NCBI GenBank assembly: GCA_964510165.1
Contig: CAZEBC010000026.1
Span: forward strand, 1-29,956
Direction of reading: 5' to 3'
From: an uncultured bacterium
Lineage (GTDB): Bacteria > Abyssobacteria > SURF-5
Length of the DNA: 29,956 bases
This document shows positions 1 through 8,228 of the stretch, piece by piece. A model generated the notes under the pieces. The model saw only the letters and a list, made by a program, of their open reading frames with translations. It did no database searches and had not been told where the DNA came from. The position numbers and the translations under genes are program-made. How positions within the stretch are numbered: the stretch's first letter is position 1; every line of letters begins with the position of its first letter.

Positions 1-29
1 TAACACGGTCATTTTCGGCCTGGAACGGA

Positions 30-866
30 TTGATTGAGAGTTGCAAGGTGTTGGGTTCGCTGGCAGATATTCCGGTACGCGAGCTGATGTTCGTCGCGGT
101 CGATGTGGAGACAACCGGCCTTGACCCACGGGAGGAGAAAGTGGTCGAGGTCGGGGCGTTCAGATTTGACAAGAGCGGAGCGCGCGGCTCGTACGAGCAA
201 CTGGTGAATCCGGGCAGGCCGATCCCGAAGCCGGCTTCGGCGGTGCACGGGATTACGGACAGGATGGTGGCGTGGAGCCCGTCGCTGACGAGGATTCTTC
301 TTGACGTTGTCCGTTTTTTCGGGGACTCGGTGCTCTTGGCGCACAATGCGAAGTTTGACATAGGGTTTTTTGATGTCGCCTTTGAAGAGGCCCGGGTGGC
401 GCCGCCGGCAAATGCGATTCTTTGCACGCGCGAGTTGGCGCGGGTGATTTATCCTGGGCTGTCGAACTACAAGCTTTCGACGTTGGCCAACTTTCTCGGG
501 ATTCGTCCGATCGAGGAACATCGCGCGCTGCCTGACGCCATCAATAGCGCAGAGGTGTTCATGCACTGCATGAGCCAGCTTGACCCGGCGTGGGATTTCA
601 CGTTTGGCGAACTGGTGAAGATATATGGTGCGCCGTCCTGTTTCCGCGCCTCGCCGACGCGGTCGCTGGAGAGGATACGGAGAGCGCTGAGCAGCGGCTC
701 GTCGCTCACCATCACATATTGCGCGAGGAACGGCAGGATCACGCAGCGCGATATCACCCCCTTGAGCATCGAGGGAGCGGGGCTCGGCGCGAAGATCGTC
801 GCCTATTGTCATCTACGGCGGGAAAACCGCACGTTCCGGCTCGATTGCATCACGAAAATCGTCTGA
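30..866 (+). CDS. DEDDh 3'-5' exonuclease (DnaQ/Pol III epsilon-like) with C-terminal WYL domain
   Basis: ExoI DVETTG, ExoII AHNAKFD, ExoIII HRALPDA; the C-terminal ~70 aa 'LTITYCARNGRITQRDITP...AYCHLRRENRTFRLDCI' matches the WYL pattern. Start uncertain (TTG 30, GTG 48 or TTG 51). Confidence 0.85.
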   Translation: MIESCKVLGSLADIPVRELMFVAVDVETTGLDPREEKVVEVGAFRFDKSGARGSYEQLVNPGRPIPKPASAVHGITDRMVAWSPSLTRILLDVVRFFGDSVLLAHNAKFDIGFFDVAFEEARVAPPANAILCTRELARVIYPGLSNYKLSTLANFLGIRPIEEHRALPDAINSAEVFMHCMSQLDPAWDFTFGELVKIYGAPSCFRASPTRSLERIRRALSSGSSLTITYCARNGRITQRDITPLSIEGAGLGAKIVAYCHLRRENRTFRLDCITKIV

Positions 867-885
867 ATCCGGCCCGCACTCGTCA

Positions 886-914
886 TTGAAAAACCCCTGT
901 GGTTCTGGTATAAT
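886..914 (+). promoter_or_regulatory. sigma70 promoter of the yebC-ruvCAB cluster
   Basis: TTGAAA (886-891), 17 nt spacer, TATAAT (909-914), extended -10 TG at 906-907. Confidence 0.85.
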
Positions 915-1032
915 TTAAGAGCGTAAATGCAGCGCTGGAAAGTGGCTGCAGCGCTGCCGGTACGAGGTAAGACAGCCGGAACATTGGAGGCGCGGAGGAC
1001 TTCGGGGGTTACCGTCGAAGGAAGGGGTATCT

Positions 1033-1782
1033 ATGTCCGGTCATTCCAAATGGAGCAAAGTCAAACATGTCAAGGCGAAAGAAGACGCCAAGCGCGGGAA
1101 GGTATTTTCGAAACTCATCCGTGAAATCATGATCGCGGCCAGGGAGGGAGGCGGCGACCCCAACTTCAACCCCCGGCTGAGAACCATCATCGCGACCGCC
1201 AAGGCGGCCAACATGCCGAACGACAACATCGACCGTGCGCTCAAGAAAGGGACCGGCGAACTCGGCGGGGCCGCCTTCGAGGAAATCACCTATGAGGGCT
1301 ATGGGCCGGGCGGCGTGGCGATAATCATAGATGTCCTGACGGACAACAAGAACCGCACGGTTTCCGAAATCCGGCATATTATGAGCCGACATCACGGCAG
1401 CCTCGGCGAGGGCGGGTGCGTCGCGTGGAACTTCGACAAGAAGGGTCTTATCATGGTGGATGCTTCCGCCGTCTCCGAGGAGGGGCTTTTCGACATTGCT
1501 CTGGAGGCGGGGGCCGAGGACATCCGGACGGAGGGCGACACGCACGAGGTGATCACCGCGCCGAACGACGTGATGGATGTCAAGGAATCGCTCGAGCAGA
1601 AAGGCATTCGGGTTGCGAGCGCGGAGATCACGATGCTTCCGAAGAGCACCATTCAGGTGGACAACAAGACCGCCGAGGCGGTGTTGAAACTGATGGATGC
1701 TCTTGAGGAACACGACGACGTCCAGCACGTGTATTCCAATTTCGATATTCCCGAGGAGATAATGGCGAAGATTGGAGGCTGA
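1033..1782 (+). CDS. yebC: YebC/PmpR family protein
   Basis: MSGHSKW N-terminus, GGDPNFNPRLR, YEGYGPGGVA, LEEHDDVQHVYSNF; canonical position upstream of ruvC. Confidence 0.97.
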   Translation: MSGHSKWSKVKHVKAKEDAKRGKVFSKLIREIMIAAREGGGDPNFNPRLRTIIATAKAANMPNDNIDRALKKGTGELGGAAFEEITYEGYGPGGVAIIIDVLTDNKNRTVSEIRHIMSRHHGSLGEGGCVAWNFDKKGLIMVDASAVSEEGLFDIALEAGAEDIRTEGDTHEVITAPNDVMDVKESLEQKGIRVASAEITMLPKSTIQVDNKTAEAVLKLMDALEEHDDVQHVYSNFDIPEEIMAKIGG

Positions 1783-1838
1783 TCCGAATTCGTGGAACCA
1801 GCCCGACCCCAGGCTTTCGCGGCGACTGCCCGCCCGAC

Positions 1839-2354
1839 ATGAGGATCATGGGCGTTGACCCCGGCCTCACCGCGACCGGTTACGGAATCATCGAGGTCTC
1901 AGGCAGACGGCCTTCCCTCATCGAGGCCGGAGTGCTGCGAAGCCGTGACACCGACCCTCTGGAAACGAAGCTTCTTGATATTCATCGCGGAATCTGCGAG
2001 GTAATCCGCGAGTTCATGCCCGCCATCGTAGTAGTCGAGGAACTGTACAGCACGTATACTCATCCGCGGACCGCAATACTCATGGGACACGCGCGCGGCA
2101 TCATTTATCTGGCGGCAGCCGACCGAGGCATACCCGTGGTGAGCTATGCGTCCACGCGCATCAAGAACTCGCTCACCGGTCACGGCAGGGCGAGCAAGGA
2201 ACAGGTTCAAAAGATGATCCAGCACGTTTTCGGGCTTCACCGGGCACCGCACCCGCCGGACGTTGCGGATGCGCTCGCGGTGGCACTGTGTCATCACAAT
2301 GTGGTCATGCACGAGAATGGCCCGCTTGGCATCACGGGAACGAGGCGGAGATGA
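1839..2354 (+). CDS. ruvC: Holliday junction resolvase RuvC
   Basis: IMGVDPGLTATGYG, VVEE, HARG, GHGRASKEQV, DVADALAVALCH. Confidence 0.97.
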   Translation: MRIMGVDPGLTATGYGIIEVSGRRPSLIEAGVLRSRDTDPLETKLLDIHRGICEVIREFMPAIVVVEELYSTYTHPRTAILMGHARGIIYLAAADRGIPVVSYASTRIKNSLTGHGRASKEQVQKMIQHVFGLHRAPHPPDVADALAVALCHHNVVMHENGPLGITGTRRR

Positions 2355-2983
2355 TATCCAGGATAACCGGCACGTTGATCCAAGTGCGAGAAGACAGGGT
2401 GACGGTCGAGCACAACGGAATCGCATACGACCTGCTTGTTCCGAGCGGCAGCATTCACCGGCTGCGGGGGTTGCGCGGCAAAGAGGTCACTCTCTACACG
2501 TTTCACTATCTGGAGGGAGGCATGGGAGTCTCCAACCCGATCCCGCGTCTCGCCGGATTCACGAACGAGATAGACCGCGAGTTTTTCGAGAAGCTGATCA
2601 CGGTGCAGGGCATGGGCATCAAGGGCGCGCTGAAGGCGCTCTCGGCGCCGGTGCAATCGATCGCGCGCGCCATCGAGAGCAAAGACGTGAGCGCGCTCGT
2701 CTCGCTGCCGGGCATCGGCAGGCGCACCGCCGAGAAGATAATCGCCGAACTCAACGGCAAGCTCGCCAAGTTCGCGCTCATCCGGGCGGACGAGGAGATT
2801 CGCGCTCCTGTCCGCGAGCCCGACTTCAAGGAAGAGGTCATTGACGTGCTCCTGCAACTGGGCTATTCGAGCGGCGAATCGGAGATATTGCTCCGGCGGG
2901 CGCTCTCCACGCACGCCAACGTGGAGACTGCCGAGGACCTCATCAGGGAGATTTTCAAGCAGCAGCGCGAAACGGGCGCGTGA
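2351..2983 (+). CDS. ruvA: Holliday junction branch migration protein RuvA
   Basis: MISRITG OB-fold start at ATG 2351 (SD GGAG, ATGA overlap with the ruvC stop), HhH motifs VQGMGIKGA and LPGIGRRTAEKII, C-terminal LLQLGY. Confidence 0.96.
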   Translation: MISRITGTLIQVREDRVTVEHNGIAYDLLVPSGSIHRLRGLRGKEVTLYTFHYLEGGMGVSNPIPRLAGFTNEIDREFFEKLITVQGMGIKGALKALSAPVQSIARAIESKDVSALVSLPGIGRRTAEKIIAELNGKLAKFALIRADEEIRAPVREPDFKEEVIDVLLQLGYSSGESEILLRRALSTHANVETAEDLIREIFKQQRETGA

Positions 2984-3103
2984 GGCAGAGTGGAAGCAGG
3001 GCAACGGCGTAGGCGCAACCAAAGAACTGGGAAGCAACCGCGGATTGCACAGATTTCACGGACCTTGAAGGGGCGCGCTCAGGCGTGGGGACCGTCCCCA
3101 TCG

Positions 3104-3158
3104 TGGATTCCCCGGTCAAGCCGGGGAATGACAAAAAGAAGAAGCCGGGAATGACAAA
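3104..3158. repeat. REP-like palindrome (minus strand GTCATTCCCCGGCTTGACCGGGGAATCCA) plus partial tandem half-copy
   Basis: 3104-3132 ATTCCCCGG-TCAAG-CCGGGGAAT; AAGCCGGGAATGACAAA repeated at 3142-3158; same family as 25749-25775. Confidence 0.75.
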
Positions 3159-3187
3159 TCGAAGAGGCTGAGGCCAAAAGCGAAGTC

Positions 3188-4213
3188 ATGACACGCGAAC
3201 GCATAGTGGATGGGAGGCCGATATCGTCGGCGGACGAGACGTTCAGTTGGAGCCTGCGCCCGAAGCGGCTCTCCGAGTACATCGGCCAGAAGACTGTGGT
3301 GGAGAAACTCTCGATCTCGATCCAGGCGTCGAAGGCGCGGGGTGAGCCGCATGAGCACGTGCTCTTCTACGGCCCGCCCGGCCTGGGCAAGACCACGCTC
3401 GCGAGCATCATCGCGAATGAGATGGAGACGAACCTCGTGGCCACGTCGGGCCCGGCGCTCGAGCGGACGGGAGACCTGATGGGGCTTCTCACCAACCTCG
3501 AGCACGGCGATGTGCTGTTCATTGATGAGATTCACCGCCTGTCGCGCGTCATCGAGGAGTTCATCTATCCGGCGATGGAGGATTTCCAGGTGGACTTCCT
3601 CGTTGACAAGGGCGCGTTCGCGAAGAGCATCAAGGTGCAGCTCAAGCGGTTCACCTTGGTCGGGGCGACGACGCGGGCGGGCTTCCTCACGGCCCCGTTC
3701 CGCGAGCGGTTCGGCATTTACCATTATCTGGATTTCTATCCGCCCGATGAGATCGCGCAGATTATCGAGCGCTCGGCGAGGATACTCGGAATAGAAGTCG
3801 AGCAGACTGCGGTGGAGCAGGTGGCCCGGCGGTCGCGGGGCACTCCGCGCGTTGCGAACCGGCTGCTGAGGCGGGTGCGCGATTTCGCCGAGGTGAGGCA
3901 CGACGGGCGGGTGAGCGAACACATAGCCGTGGAAGCGCTCGAACTCGAGGGTGTGGACTCGATCGGCATGGATGACCTGGACAGGAAATATCTCAGAACT
4001 ATCATCGAGGGATATGGCGGCGGGCCGGTCGGCATCACCGCGATTGCGGCGACATTGAACGAGGAGACCGACACACTCGAGGATATGGTGGAACCATATC
4101 TGCTCAAGATAGGGTTCCTCAATCGGACGCGCCAGGGGAGGGTGGCCAGCGCGCGCGCGTTTGCGCACCTCGGCTATAAGCGCGGCAGGTCGGGGCAGGT
4201 TGAGTTGTTCTGA
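3188..4213 (+). CDS. ruvB: Holliday junction branch migration ATPase RuvB
   Basis: [12 protein letters not shown], Walker [10 protein letters not shown], Walker [34 protein letters not shown]. Confidence 0.98.
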   Translation: MTRERIVDGRPISSADETFSWSLRPKRLSEYIGQKTVVEKLSISIQASKARGEPHEHVLFYGPPGLGKTTLASIIANEMETNLVATSGPALERTGDLMGLLTNLEHGDVLFIDEIHRLSRVIEEFIYPAMEDFQVDFLVDKGAFAKSIKVQLKRFTLVGATTRAGFLTAPFRERFGIYHYLDFYPPDEIAQIIERSARILGIEVEQTAVEQVARRSRGTPRVANRLLRRVRDFAEVRHDGRVSEHIAVEALELEGVDSIGMDDLDRKYLRTIIEGYGGGPVGITAIAATLNEETDTLEDMVEPYLLKIGFLNRTRQGRVASARAFAHLGYKRGRSGQVELF

Positions 4214-4242
4214 GCGCCTCGGCTCAACTCACAAGGGATTCC

Positions 4243-4794
4243 ATGAAACTCCTGCTTCACATGTGCTGTGGACCGTGCGCGACGCATCCGGTCGCCTCGC
4301 TGCGGGAGGCCGGTCATGAGGTCCACGGTTTTTTTTACAACCCGAACATCCACCCGCTGGCCGAGTTCAGGTTGCGGCTCGAGTCGCTCCGGAAACTGCT
4401 GGCCGCCGAACGCATTGATGCGACCGTCCATGAGGAATACGACATCGAGGAGTATTTCAGGCGGGTCTCCTTCAGGGAATCGAATCGCTGCGCCGCATGT
4501 TATCACTTGCGGCTCGAGAAGGCGGCGCGAGAGGCGACCGACCGGGGCTTCGATGCATTCACCACGACGCTGCTGGTGAGTCCATACCAGAAGCACGACC
4601 TTATCCGTGAGATCGGCCAGAGCGTCGGCCAGGAGCGCGGCGTCGAATTTTATTATGAGGATTTTAGGCCGGGCTGGCCGCAGACACGCCAAATGTCGGT
4701 CCGGCTGGAGCTATATCGTCAAAAGTATTGCGGCTGCATCTACAGCGAGCGGGAGCGTTTCCTGGCCGGGGAGACGAGCCGCCGCAAGAACTGA
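4243..4794 (+). CDS. queH: Epoxyqueuosine reductase QueH (DUF208)
   Basis: LLLHMCCGPC, FYNPNIHP, RCAACY, TTLLVSPYQ, YRQKYCGCIYS; adjacent to queA. Confidence 0.93.
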   Translation: MKLLLHMCCGPCATHPVASLREAGHEVHGFFYNPNIHPLAEFRLRLESLRKLLAAERIDATVHEEYDIEEYFRRVSFRESNRCAACYHLRLEKAAREATDRGFDAFTTTLLVSPYQKHDLIREIGQSVGQERGVEFYYEDFRPGWPQTRQMSVRLELYRQKYCGCIYSERERFLAGETSRRKN

Positions 4795-4802
4795 CATTTC
4801 CC

Positions 4803-5837
4803 ATGCTCACGCTTTCCGATTTCGATTATGAACTTCCGACAGAACTGATTGCGCAGTATCCGACCGAGCGCAGGGGGCACTCGCGGCTGATGGTGGTGGA
4901 ACGGGCGAGCGGCGCGATCAGGACCGGCGTCTTTGACGACATCATGGGATATCTCGAGAGCGGCGACGCGGTCGTGCTCAACGACGTCAAGGTGTTCCCC
5001 GCGCGGCTGAGGGCCATCAAGACCGACACAGGGGCCAAGATCGAGATACTTCTGCTTCACGAGATCAGGAAGGGCGTGTGGGAGGCGATGGTGCGGCCGG
5101 GCAGGCGCGTGAGCGTGGGAACGAAGCTTGTCATCGAGGGCGCCCGGCAGGCTGACACCGTCGAGGTCATCGGCAATCACGGCCTGACGAAGACTCTCCA
5201 GTTCGAAGTTGAAGACGTGAGGCGGCTGTGTTGGCGCGTGGGCGAGATACCGCTGCCGCCGTATATCAAGCGAGAGGCGGAGCCCGCCGACCTCGAACGC
5301 TACCAGACGGTGTTCGCAAGGACGGAGGGCGCCATTGCGGCGCCGACGGCGGGACTTCATTTCACCGCCGATATCATTCAGGCGCTCCGCGACAAGGGGG
5401 TGCTCCTGGAGTTCGTCACGCTGAATATCGGGCTTGGCACCTTCCAGCAGCTTGAGCATGAGGAACTCGCGATGAACCGGCTTCTGCCCGAGCAGTACTA
5501 CGTAACCGCCAAGACGGCCAGACGCCTGAATGAGGTGCGTCGAAAGAAGCATAAAGTGCTCTCCGTGGGCACCACCACGATGCGCGTGCTCGAGACCACA
5601 ACCACGGAGCAGGGCGAGTTCAAGGCCGGTGAGGGACTGGCTGACATATTCATCTACCCCGGCTACAGGTTCCACTCGGCTGACGCGCTCCTCACCAATT
5701 TCCATCTGCCGCGAAGCTCGCTGCTGCTGCTGGCGTGCGCGTATGGCGGGCGCGACCTCATCATGCGCGCATACGAGACTGCCGTCAAGGAACGATTCCG
5801 CTTTTACAGCTACGGCGACGCGATGCTTATCATCTGA
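4803..5837 (+). CDS. queA: tRNA preQ1(34) SAM ribosyltransferase-isomerase QueA
   Basis: FDYELPTELIAQYP, PLPPYIKR, YQTVFA, AAPTAGLHF, TNFHLPRS, RFYSYGDAM; start taken at ATG 4803. Confidence 0.97.
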   Translation: MLTLSDFDYELPTELIAQYPTERRGHSRLMVVERASGAIRTGVFDDIMGYLESGDAVVLNDVKVFPARLRAIKTDTGAKIEILLLHEIRKGVWEAMVRPGRRVSVGTKLVIEGARQADTVEVIGNHGLTKTLQFEVEDVRRLCWRVGEIPLPPYIKREAEPADLERYQTVFARTEGAIAAPTAGLHFTADIIQALRDKGVLLEFVTLNIGLGTFQQLEHEELAMNRLLPEQYYVTAKTARRLNEVRRKKHKVLSVGTTTMRVLETTTTEQGEFKAGEGLADIFIYPGYRFHSADALLTNFHLPRSSLLLLACAYGGRDLIMRAYETAVKERFRFYSYGDAMLII

Positions 5838-5881
5838 GCCCAGATAGTCCGGGCGCTCCCCCGATTTGTTCAAGGAAGCAC

Positions 5882-6676
5882 TCATTCCCCTTTGAAATCT
5901 GGCGGGCGTTTCTCGAAGAAGGCGCTGATGCCTTCAAGGGCGTCGGCGGACTTGATGAGGCGGGACTGCGTGGAGGCGACCTCGTCGAGCGGGGAGGAGG
6001 CGTTGATGAGGCGCTTGGCGGCGGCCATCGCGAGCGGCGCGCGCGAGGAGAGTAGGCCGGCGAGTTCTTTCAGGGACTCTTCGAGCGATTCCCGTGCGAC
6101 CACTCGATTGACCATGCCGAGGGTCAGCGCATCGTCGGCTGTCACGAGTTCGCCGGTCAGGATCAATTCCTTGGTTTTCGCGACCCCGATGAGTTTCGGG
6201 AGGCGGGTGGTGGCGCCGAGCGCGGGCACGATGCCGATCTTGACATCCGAAAGCCCCAGCTTGACGCCACGGGTGGCGATGCGGAAATCGCACGCCAGCG
6301 CAAGCTGAAGCCCCGCGCCGACCGCGTGGCCGTTGATTGCGGCGATGGTCGGCATGGGGAGCGCTTCCACCATATCGAGGACGCTTTGCGCCTGCCTGAT
6401 GCCGTTGGCGAGGGCATCACCTTCAGCATCGGAATGATACTGGCTGATGTTCGTGAGGTCCGCGCCCGAACAGAACGCGCGGCCCGCTCCGGTGAAGATT
6501 GCGACGCGAACGTCCTTGAGTTGAGAGGCGCGAGTGACGGCTTGCGCCAGGTCGCGAAACATCTCGGCGTTGAATGCATTGAGCTTGTCGGGGCGATTGA
6601 GCGTGATCGTGAGAACGGAGCCTTCCCGGCGCCAGATGAGCGTTTCGAATTGTGGCGAGTCGGTCATAAGGTTCAT
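5882..6676 (-). CDS. Enoyl-CoA hydratase/isomerase (crotonase) family protein
   Basis: TLNRPDKLNA, GRAFCSGADL, AAINGHAVGAGLQLALACDFRIA, FFEKRPPDFKG; ATG 6676 overlaps the upstream stop (ATGA). Confidence 0.93.
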   Translation of the reverse strand: MNLMTDSPQFETLIWRREGSVLTITLNRPDKLNAFNAEMFRDLAQAVTRASQLKDVRVAIFTGAGRAFCSGADLTNISQYHSDAEGDALANGIRQAQSVLDMVEALPMPTIAAINGHAVGAGLQLALACDFRIATRGVKLGLSDVKIGIVPALGATTRLPKLIGVAKTKELILTGELVTADDALTLGMVNRVVARESLEESLKELAGLLSSRAPLAMAAAKRLINASSPLDEVASTQSRLIKSADALEGISAFFEKRPPDFKGE

Positions 6677-7317
6677 TTCCCCGTTGCGTGGTGGTCGGCG
6701 ACGGCGTCCTTGATGGCCTCGATCAAATACTTCTCGTGCGCGTAGAAGAAGTGGTCGGTTCGCGGGACGACCTGGAGCGATTTGGGCTCGGGCAGTTGCT
6801 TGTAGATTCTCTGGAGTTCGTCGCGGTCGCAGAACTGGTCGCGTTCGCCCACGATGACATGGCGCGCCCGCTCCTCTTTGTCTTCGAGCAAGGATGAAAA
6901 GTCGAACATCGAGGTCGGCGGCGCGATGAGGATCAAGTGCGAAACGATGGCGTCGCCCTGGAGCGAGTGAGAGGCGACCCACGAGCCAAACGAGTAACCG
7001 GCGAGCACGATCGGCTCCGACTCCGGCGCCTGCTCCAGCAAAAAGCGTATCGCTGCGCGCACGTCCTCGACCTCCGCCAGGCCCTCGCCGTAGCGGCCCT
7101 CGCTTCGGCCAACCCCGCGGAAATTGAAGCGAAGCGTCGAGTGCCCCGTCTGCTGGAGCGCCTGCACCGCGGCATCCACAACATTGTTATCCATCGTCCC
7201 GCCATACGCCGGATGCGGATGGCAGATGACGGCGCCTGGAGCAGTAGGTGACACGTGGGAATATCTCCCCTCAAGTGTTATCGAGCCGGCCTTGAAGAAT
7301 ACGGCGTGTTCCGACAT
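6673..7317 (-). CDS. Alpha/beta hydrolase (COG2945-like)
   Basis: HPHPAYGGTMDNNVV, RFNFRGVG, nucleophile elbow GYSFG, Asp in GERDQF, His in DHFF. Confidence 0.92.
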   Translation of the reverse strand: MSEHAVFFKAGSITLEGRYSHVSPTAPGAVICHPHPAYGGTMDNNVVDAAVQALQQTGHSTLRFNFRGVGRSEGRYGEGLAEVEDVRAAIRFLLEQAPESEPIVLAGYSFGSWVASHSLQGDAIVSHLILIAPPTSMFDFSSLLEDKEERARHVIVGERDQFCDRDELQRIYKQLPEPKSLQVVPRTDHFFYAHEKYLIEAIKDAVADHHATGK

Positions 7318-7357
7318 CTATGTTCCTTCTGGTTGAAGTTAATGAAAAGATCGCCTG

Positions 7358-7388
7358 CCCTCTCTCCCAAGGAGAGGGTGAGGGTGAG
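7358..7388 (-). repeat. REP-like CCCTCACCCTCTCC...GGGAGAGAGGG palindromic element
   Basis: Minus strand reads CTCACCCTCACCCTCTCCTTGGGAGAGAGGG; related element at 13271-13318. Confidence 0.6.
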
Positions 7389-7412
7389 CACAAAAAAGGA
7401 TTCGGGAAAGCC

Positions 7413-7553
7413 TTACTTGAAGGTCTCGATCTTGTTGGGGAACGAGACGTACGGGCTTCCGCTCTCCTTCATCGCCACTGCGCACCGATACATTACGAAC
7501 AAGAATATCATGGAGAGCAGGAAGAATACAATTTTTTGCACCTTCGCCTTCAT
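7413..7553 (-). CDS. Small single-TM protein, 46 aa (MKAKVQKIVFFLLSMIFLFVMYRCAVAMKESGSPYVSFPNKIETFK)
   Basis: Translated by hand (below the ORF-track cutoff): basic N-terminus, ~15-aa hydrophobic stretch, G-rich SD-like run upstream, extended -10 about 40 nt upstream. Confidence 0.65.
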   Translation of the reverse strand: MKAKVQKIVFFLLSMIFLFVMYRCAVAMKESGSPYVSFPNKIETFK

Positions 7554-7594
7554 GTGCGCCCCCGAAGGGAACCTGGAAGAGCTTCTGTATTAAT

Positions 7595-7603
7595 ATTTTA
7601 CCA
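7595..7603 (-). promoter_or_regulatory. Extended -10 promoter element for the small protein/hydrolase/crotonase unit
   Basis: Minus strand TGGTAAAAT (TGn-TAAAAT); -35 weak (TTCTCT). Confidence 0.5.
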
Positions 7604-7694
7604 TATAAGCCTGAAAAAGAGAATAGACATTACGCGCAAGAGAGCCGGGAATGGGATGGGCCGCGCCCATTTTTGCACTTGGCAAGACACGCCC

Positions 7695-7724
7695 TTGACA
7701 ACTCTCTCCGAATTTGTTTAAGTT
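7695..7724 (+). promoter_or_regulatory. sigma70 promoter of the metal-uptake operon
   Basis: TTGACA (7695-7700), 18 nt spacer, TAAGTT (7719-7724), followed by palindrome GTTTGCAAAC (7725-7734). Confidence 0.6.
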
Positions 7725-7766
7725 GTTTGCAAACGATGTGATTGGTGAGGCGTTGACTATGGTTGT

Positions 7767-8090
7767 ATGGCGCGGGGGGGCGCTGTGAGAAGCGTTTCGC
7801 GCATGCTCAGGAATTGCGGTGACGCACGGCGGACCGCGATTGGCAGTCTCGTTCTGCTGGCCTTCGTGTGCGCGTTCGTCCTTAGCACGCTTCACCTTTC
7901 CGTTTCGCATGCTTTGCATAAGGCGGAACACTGCCCGCTATGCAGTTTCCACACACAGTTCTCGGCAGACATTCCGAGCATTGTTTCGATTGACTTCTTC
8001 CCGAGGGCCGACATCTGGTCCTCCGTCATTCTGAATCGGTACCATAGCCGTCTTTCAGTCATCACATCTCCCCGAGCGCCTCCCTTTTAG
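7767..8090 (+). CDS. DUF2946/CruR-like leader protein: TM segment, His/CxxC motif, C-terminal RAPP arrest motif
   Basis: Hydrophobic IGSLVLLAFVCAFVLSTL, then HLSVSHALHKAEHCPLC, ending SPRAPPF-stop. Start uncertain (7767 ATG, 7785 GTG, 7803 ATG). Confidence 0.75.
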   Translation: MARGGAVRSVSRMLRNCGDARRTAIGSLVLLAFVCAFVLSTLHLSVSHALHKAEHCPLCSFHTQFSADIPSIVSIDFFPRADIWSSVILNRYHSRLSVITSPRAPPF

Positions 8091-8187
8091 TCCTGCAATC
8101 CCATTCCGACCTGTCCTGCATGATTTTCGCGAGTTAAACAAGCGTCGGCGTCTCCCTATGCGCCTGCGCGCACGCGGGAGACTGATC

Positions 8188-8212
8188 GGGCGGGTGCGGG
8201 GGCCTGCCCTAC
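8188..8212 (-). repeat. GTAG-family REP-like hairpin
   Basis: Minus strand GTAGGGCAGGCCCCCGCACCCGCCC. Confidence 0.55.
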
Positions 8213-8228
8213 AATATGGGAGAGAGGC

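Noticed and set aside
7725-7743. Fur/Zur-type operator at the metal operon promoter
   Set aside because: Only a 10-bp palindrome GTTTGCAAAC; well placed but too short to assign without comparative data.
7759-7788. 9-codon micro-ORF MVVWRGGAL with SD GGTGAGG, whose stop overlaps GTG 7785
   Set aside because: Too short to support as a gene; at most translational coupling into the RAPP uORF.
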